This document shows positions 33,711 through 36,603 of a stretch of DNA of 36,603 nt, piece after piece. The notes below the pieces were generated by a model. That model ran no database searches and was not told the DNA's origin. It saw nothing but the letters and a program-made list of their open reading frames with translations. Both the position numbers and the translations under genes were made by a program. The stretch's first letter is position 1. Every line of letters starts with the position of its first letter. This stretch comes from a virus: positions 1 through 36,603 of the IMG/VR virus record IMGVR_UViG_2895706988_000001; one strand, written 5' to 3'.

Positions 33711-33920
33711 ATGAATTTAAAAGTTATATTGAAATCTGGAAAGTCTGCAATTATCAACAACTTTCAAGAAGTATCATATCCAAATTATGATGAAACAAAA
33801 ATAATCACTGATAGTAATTTGTCTGATATTTCTCTTGTTTCTAACGCTACTTACATCTTTAAAGGTAACCAAAGTGTAGTAGTTAAAGGTGAAGACATTG
33901 AATTGCTTACTTTCGAATAG
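33711..33920 (+). CDS. Hypothetical protein, antisense-oriented moron A
   Basis: 69-aa ORF with a strong RBS. No family recognised. Confidence 0.7.
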   Translation: MNLKVILKSGKSAIINNFQEVSYPNYDETKIITDSNLSDISLVSNATYIFKGNQSVVVKGEDIELLTFE

Positions 33921-34062
33921 TTCCTTTCAATAACTCTGCAGCTACTGCTACTAGCTCAGAGTTATTTGTTTTGTCGTGAAATTTTATTTGATTTAACAAG
34001 TATTCTTTAGCTGCTACTTCTAACTTTCTATTTAATTTCAAATTCTTTATTAAATTTTTCAT
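33907..34062 (-). CDS. Small protein (51 aa, below cutoff) convergent with moron A
   Basis: ATG 34062 is preceded by GGAGGTGAGTGG. It translates to MKNLIKNLKLNRKLEVAAKEYLLNQIKFHDKTNNSELVAVAAELLKGTIRK and overlaps the plus-strand gene by 14 nt. Confidence 0.5.
   Translation of the reverse strand: MKNLIKNLKLNRKLEVAAKEYLLNQIKFHDKTNNSELVAVAAELLKGTIRK
33929..33973 (+). terminator. Unidirectional intrinsic terminator of moron A
   Basis: 10-bp stem aataactctg/cagagttatt with a structured loop, followed by TGTTTTG on the plus strand. Confidence 0.65.
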
Positions 34063-34150
34063 TTATCCACTCACCTCCATGTGATATACTTTAGATATCA
34101 GATATTTTTAATTCGCTTATACCGCTTCTATCGCTCATAGATGCGGTTTT

Positions 34151-34339
34151 TTATTTGTCTTGAAGTAACTTTCCTACATCAGTGCCTCCATAAATGACTA
34201 GCATTAAGAAAAACATGATTGTAACCGTTAAAGCTAATGGATCTATTGATGAGTTGACAGCCATACAATAAATTAAGCTGATTGCTAGCGCTACTAAAGT
34301 CAGTAGCGCTTGTATTAAGATTGCTGCTAAATATTTCAT
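34151..34339 (-). CDS. Small two-TM membrane protein
   Basis: 62 aa with two hydrophobic helices. Overlaps the upstream stop. Confidence 0.65.
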   Translation of the reverse strand: MKYLAAILIQALLTLVALAISLIYCMAVNSSIDPLALTVTIMFFLMLVIYGGTDVGKLLQDK

Positions 34340-34644
34340 TCTACTCTCTCCTTAATCAAGTCAAAGTTTTCATCGATAAACTTATTTAAGCGCCTTGCAT
34401 CAAACCTATAGTGACCTCCTGGTGGCGGGAATAATGTCATAGTTGCTATTTGCTGTCCTATGACATCATCCTTAATAAGATGCTTCATTATCCATTTTCG
34501 TTCTCTTTGAAGCTTTTTTTCTAAATCCTCCATCGTCCACCATTTAGGAGATTTATCTACTGCAACCAATAATTCTTCATATTCTTTTTTTGGTACTACA
34601 ACCAAATCTGATGGAATGTTTATAGTCACATTTAAAGATTGCAT
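34336..34644 (-). CDS. DUF771-like protein (possible excisionase/DNA-binding role)
   Basis: 102 aa. The pattern WWTMEDLEKKL...FPPPGGHYRFDARRLNKFIDENF resembles the DUF771 family, which is common right after cro in Firmicute phages. Confidence 0.65.
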   Translation of the reverse strand: MQSLNVTINIPSDLVVVPKKEYEELLVAVDKSPKWWTMEDLEKKLQRERKWIMKHLIKDDVIGQQIATMTLFPPPGGHYRFDARRLNKFIDENFDLIKERVE

Positions 34645-34653
34645 GTAATCAAC

Positions 34654-34899
34654 TCATTTCTTTTTCTTTTTTAAATTCCGAATATATTCGGATTCTAAGC
34701 CGAAAAAAATATTGTTTGACGGAATTTTATAAAGATTTTCTATCTTTTCAATTACATTTCGAGATAAATTAGAATTATCTTTTTCGTATCTCCAAAGAGT
34801 ATCTTTATTGATACCAAGCTGTTTTGCAGCTTCAAATTGCGATAAACCTGCATTAACCCTAGCAGCCCTCATTGTAATTACCAATGAATCTCCACTCAT
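34654..34899 (-). CDS. Cro-like XRE-family HTH regulator
   Basis: 81 aa with HTH motif LSQFEAAKQLGINKDTLWRYEK. Divergent from the repressor gene. Confidence 0.85.
   Translation of the reverse strand: MSGDSLVITMRAARVNAGLSQFEAAKQLGINKDTLWRYEKDNSNLSRNVIEKIENLYKIPSNNIFFGLESEYIRNLKKKKK
34687..34702. promoter_or_regulatory. Distal operator TCCGA-N6-TCGGA inside the 3' end of cro
   Basis: Perfect 16-bp palindrome tccgaatatattcgga, 250 bp from the operator in the cro promoter. Confidence 0.6.
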
Positions 34900-34930
34900 T
34901 CAATCCCCTCCTTATTCAATTATTAATATT

Positions 34931-34959
34931 ATATTATCCGATTTTTTTCGGACTGTCAA
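34931..34959 (-). promoter_or_regulatory. Early lytic promoter (P-cro) with operator in its spacer
   Basis: Minus strand reads TTGACA (34959-34954), a 17-nt spacer, then TAATAT (34936-34931). The spacer contains TCCGA-N6-TCGGA (34937-34952). Confidence 0.8.
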
Positions 34960-34974
34960 ACGAATTAGTTCGGA
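34959..34974. promoter_or_regulatory. Imperfect operator AACGA-N6-TCGGA
   Basis: 8/10 match to the half-site consensus. Its centre is 22 bp from the centre of the P-cro operator. Confidence 0.45.
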
Positions 34975-35012
34975 AGTTAATATAATAATTCCGTTTTTTT
35001 CCGTATTTTATA

Positions 35013-35041
35013 TTGTTATTATTCACTTTTTTTATTATACT
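35013..35041 (+). promoter_or_regulatory. Repressor (lysogeny) promoter
   Basis: TTGTTA (35013-35018), a 17-nt spacer, then TATACT (35036-35041). It lies about 35 nt upstream of the repressor ATG. Confidence 0.6.
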
Positions 35042-35075
35042 TAAGAAAAAATAATACTTAGAAAGGTGAATATCC

Positions 35076-35477
35076 ATGGTTGATAGAGACATGCCTTTAA
35101 AAAAGAAGATATCCTTTAATATTGAAAAGTACAGAAAAGAATTCGGTTGGACCCAGAAAGAATTAGCAGATAAAGCACAAATACCGAAGAGTACTATGTC
35201 CGACTATATTAACTGCAAAACTTTAATTAATGCTGGAAATGTTGAAAAACTAGCTAAAACTTTTAAAGTACAGAAATCTGATATAGATCCTTCTTTTGGA
35301 GATAAAGAAGAAAATAGATACGATATGGTACGTGAACTCGAACAAAAAGGGATTATCATTAATTTCTCAGATTATGAAGGTTTTGAGAGATTATCTGATG
35401 ATGAGAAGATAGAATTCCAAAAGAAAATTGAAGAAGCGGTTCAATTCGAACTTTTTAAGCGCAACAATCAAAAGTAG
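35076..35477 (+). CDS. CI-like XRE-family repressor without S24 autopeptidase domain
   Basis: 133 aa with HTH motif WTQKELADKAQIPKSTMSDYIN. The C-terminus is short and acidic with no Ser/Lys peptidase motif. Confidence 0.85.
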   Translation: MVDRDMPLKKKISFNIEKYRKEFGWTQKELADKAQIPKSTMSDYINCKTLINAGNVEKLAKTFKVQKSDIDPSFGDKEENRYDMVRELEQKGIIINFSDYEGFERLSDDEKIEFQKKIEEAVQFELFKRNNQK

Positions 35478-35492
35478 TAAGGAGATAATCTT

Positions 35493-35918
35493 ATGAGTGT
35501 TAAAGAGATATATTATAATCGAGGGATAAAAAATATAGAAGATTTGAATATTGATAATGTTGCAATGGCCTTTAACATCTCACTTCTCAAAGATTATCCA
35601 TTAGATGTCAGAGTAACATCAAATGATATAGATATTATTATGCTACAAACAAAAGATCCTATATCTATGACAGAGACTTTTTTTCACGAACTAGCTCATG
35701 TTTTGCGGCATGGACATACTCATATAAGTGAGAGTTACAGAAAGTACTGTGAAGGCCAGGCTAATAGACTTATGTATGAATTAGCTATACCTGATTTTAT
35801 GATCGATGAAAACGATATAGATTATAAGCATTTATGTACAAAATTCAAAGTAACCGAAGAATTTGCCCTAAAGAGAGTAGAACAACTAATACATAAAAAT
35901 TTATGGAATTCTGCATAG
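35493..35918 (+). CDS. ImmA/IrrE-family zinc metallopeptidase
   Basis: 141 aa with the HExxH motif FFHELAHVLRH. It lies immediately downstream of the XRE repressor, as in ImmR/ImmA pairs. Confidence 0.85.
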   Translation: MSVKEIYYNRGIKNIEDLNIDNVAMAFNISLLKDYPLDVRVTSNDIDIIMLQTKDPISMTETFFHELAHVLRHGHTHISESYRKYCEGQANRLMYELAIPDFMIDENDIDYKHLCTKFKVTEEFALKRVEQLIHKNLWNSA

Positions 35919-35970
35919 ATACTCGGCTTAATGCCTTTATCATATAAATATAAAAAGGGAGATGTAATAA

Positions 35971-36603
35971 ATGAATTACAAATTACTTACCGGCACTTTA
36001 TTAGCTTCAAGTTTAATTCTTACTGCATGCGGAAGTTCTGAAGAAAATAAAGACGAAAAAAGTGAAGTGAAAAAAGAAAAATCTACAACTGAAAAGGCAA
36101 CTACAGAAAAACCTACAACCGAGAAACCTACTACAGAAAAGCCTACTACAGAGGATCCTACTACAGAAATACCAACAACTGAGCTGCCTACTACAGAAAT
36201 GCCATCAACAGAAGCACCAGTTACTTTTAATGTGAACAACGTGACGTCCAGACAGCAACTAGAAAGTATAATATATAATAATTCAATATCTGAAATGGAT
36301 AAAGCTACTGCTTATAATAGCGCAGTTGACAATGGTGTTATCCCTCAGGGAAATGTTATGGAAGGACCTGCAATAGCTGCTTACGAGAGTTCTTTGAGAG
36401 TTGAATCTGGTGCTGAAAAATCTGTTTATGAATCTAATCCAGATCCAGGTAATCCAAACACAGAAAAATATAATGATTTATTTGAAAATGAGCCTTCTTC
36501 TAATGAACAAGAATCATATCCTTATCCAACTGGTGAATATGATACAAATAGTCCAACATATGAAGAAGATGAAAACGGAAATTGGGTTGAGGTTACAGAA
36601 TAG
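35971..36603 (+). CDS. Prophage lipoprotein with Thr/Glu/Pro-rich tandem repeats
   Basis: 210 aa. A signal peptide with lipobox LTAC (Cys20) is followed by nine 5-aa repeats (TTEKP-like). The stop is the last codon of the window. Confidence 0.85.
   Translation: MNYKLLTGTLLASSLILTACGSSEENKDEKSEVKKEKSTTEKATTEKPTTEKPTTEKPTTEDPTTEIPTTELPTTEMPSTEAPVTFNVNNVTSRQQLESIIYNNSISEMDKATAYNSAVDNGVIPQGNVMEGPAIAAYESSLRVESGAEKSVYESNPDPGNPNTEKYNDLFENEPSSNEQESYPYPTGEYDTNSPTYEEDENGNWVEVTE
36082..36216 (+). repeat. Nine tandem 15-nt repeats (cctactacagaaaag-like) inside the lipoprotein gene
   Basis: Read directly. The units encode STTEK ATTEK PTTEK PTTEK PTTED PTTEI PTTEL PTTEM PSTEA. Confidence 0.9.

Larger units (their letters stand above)
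1637..36603. mobile_element. Temperate siphovirus prophage (partial: integrase and distal att beyond right edge; left boundary uncertain, somewhere between about 1345 and 1636 if the post-lysin cassette is phage-borne)
   Basis: Collinear lysogeny switch, replication, late activator, HNH/TerS/TerL, portal, protease, capsid, tail, lysis modules. Nearly all genes are on the minus strand. Confidence 0.9.

Noticed and set aside
33929-33966. Terminator arms aataactctg/cagagttatt resemble the GAGTTAT half-sites of the L/R sites at 24752-24868
   Set aside because: The match is only about 8 nt and the half-site order is opposite (tail-to-tail instead of head-to-head). It is most likely chance in AT-rich DNA, although a motif scan with statistics would settle it.
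35041-35075. Repressor leader (TTAAGAAAAAATAATACTTAGAAAGGTGAA) as a third copy of the moron promoter/hairpin block
   Set aside because: It shares only TTAAGAA and a similar RBS. There is no TTCTTAA partner and no 16/17-nt identity.
35976-36239. 87-aa minus-strand ORF opposite the lipoprotein repeats
   Set aside because: It is a frame kept open only by the tandem repeat (VVG/SVV translation). The lipoprotein frame has a signal peptide, lipobox and RBS.

Overview
The window holds the edge of a low-GC Firmicute chromosome, Staphylococcus-like by inference only. It carries one hypothetical gene (1-471) and an 8-gene tRNA operon on the minus strand (fMet-Asp-Phe-His-Gly-Asn-Glu-Ser, 578-1273) with its own promoter and terminators. 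The rest, about 1.6-36.6 kb, is a nearly complete temperate siphovirus prophage. The lysogeny integrase and the far att site must lie beyond the right edge. Prophage layout, right to left: a plus-strand lysogeny arm (XRE repressor, ImmA/IrrE protease, repeat-rich lipoprotein) sits divergent from a cro-like gene, and both promoters and the operators are readable. Early genes follow on the minus strand (DUF771-like, Bro-N antirepressor, DnaD-like replisome organizer with an in-gene iteron origin, SSB, MazG-like, RecU), then an ArpU-family late activator. Packaging genes are HNH, P27-type TerS and TerL (cos-type). Next come HK97-like portal, ClpP protease and capsid, connectors, major tail, and G/GT chaperones with an A_AAA_AAG -1 frameshift. 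The tail end has a tape measure with M23 and SLT domains, Dit, a beta-helix depolymerase-like protein and Tal, followed by holin and a CHAP-SH3b endolysin. Best candidates for an undescribed system: (1) 23364-25677, an insulated, very AT-rich two-gene cassette of unrecognisable proteins wedged between the late activator and the packaging genes. It is preceded by two 13-(5/6)-13 quasi-palindromic sites in inverted orientation around a promoter-like core, and lies next to a catalytic-domain-only tyrosine recombinase. This could be a recombinase- or repressor-controlled prophage defence or exclusion module. (2) Two paralogous convergent mini-modules antisense to the early operon (30956-31421 and 33672-34062) that share a 39-nt promoter/hairpin/RBS block. 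(3) An operator-controlled bicistronic moron after the endolysin (1637-2817), with GC of 18% in the two 60-nt blocks counted in one gene. All functional calls come from motif recognition by eye. No database search was run.
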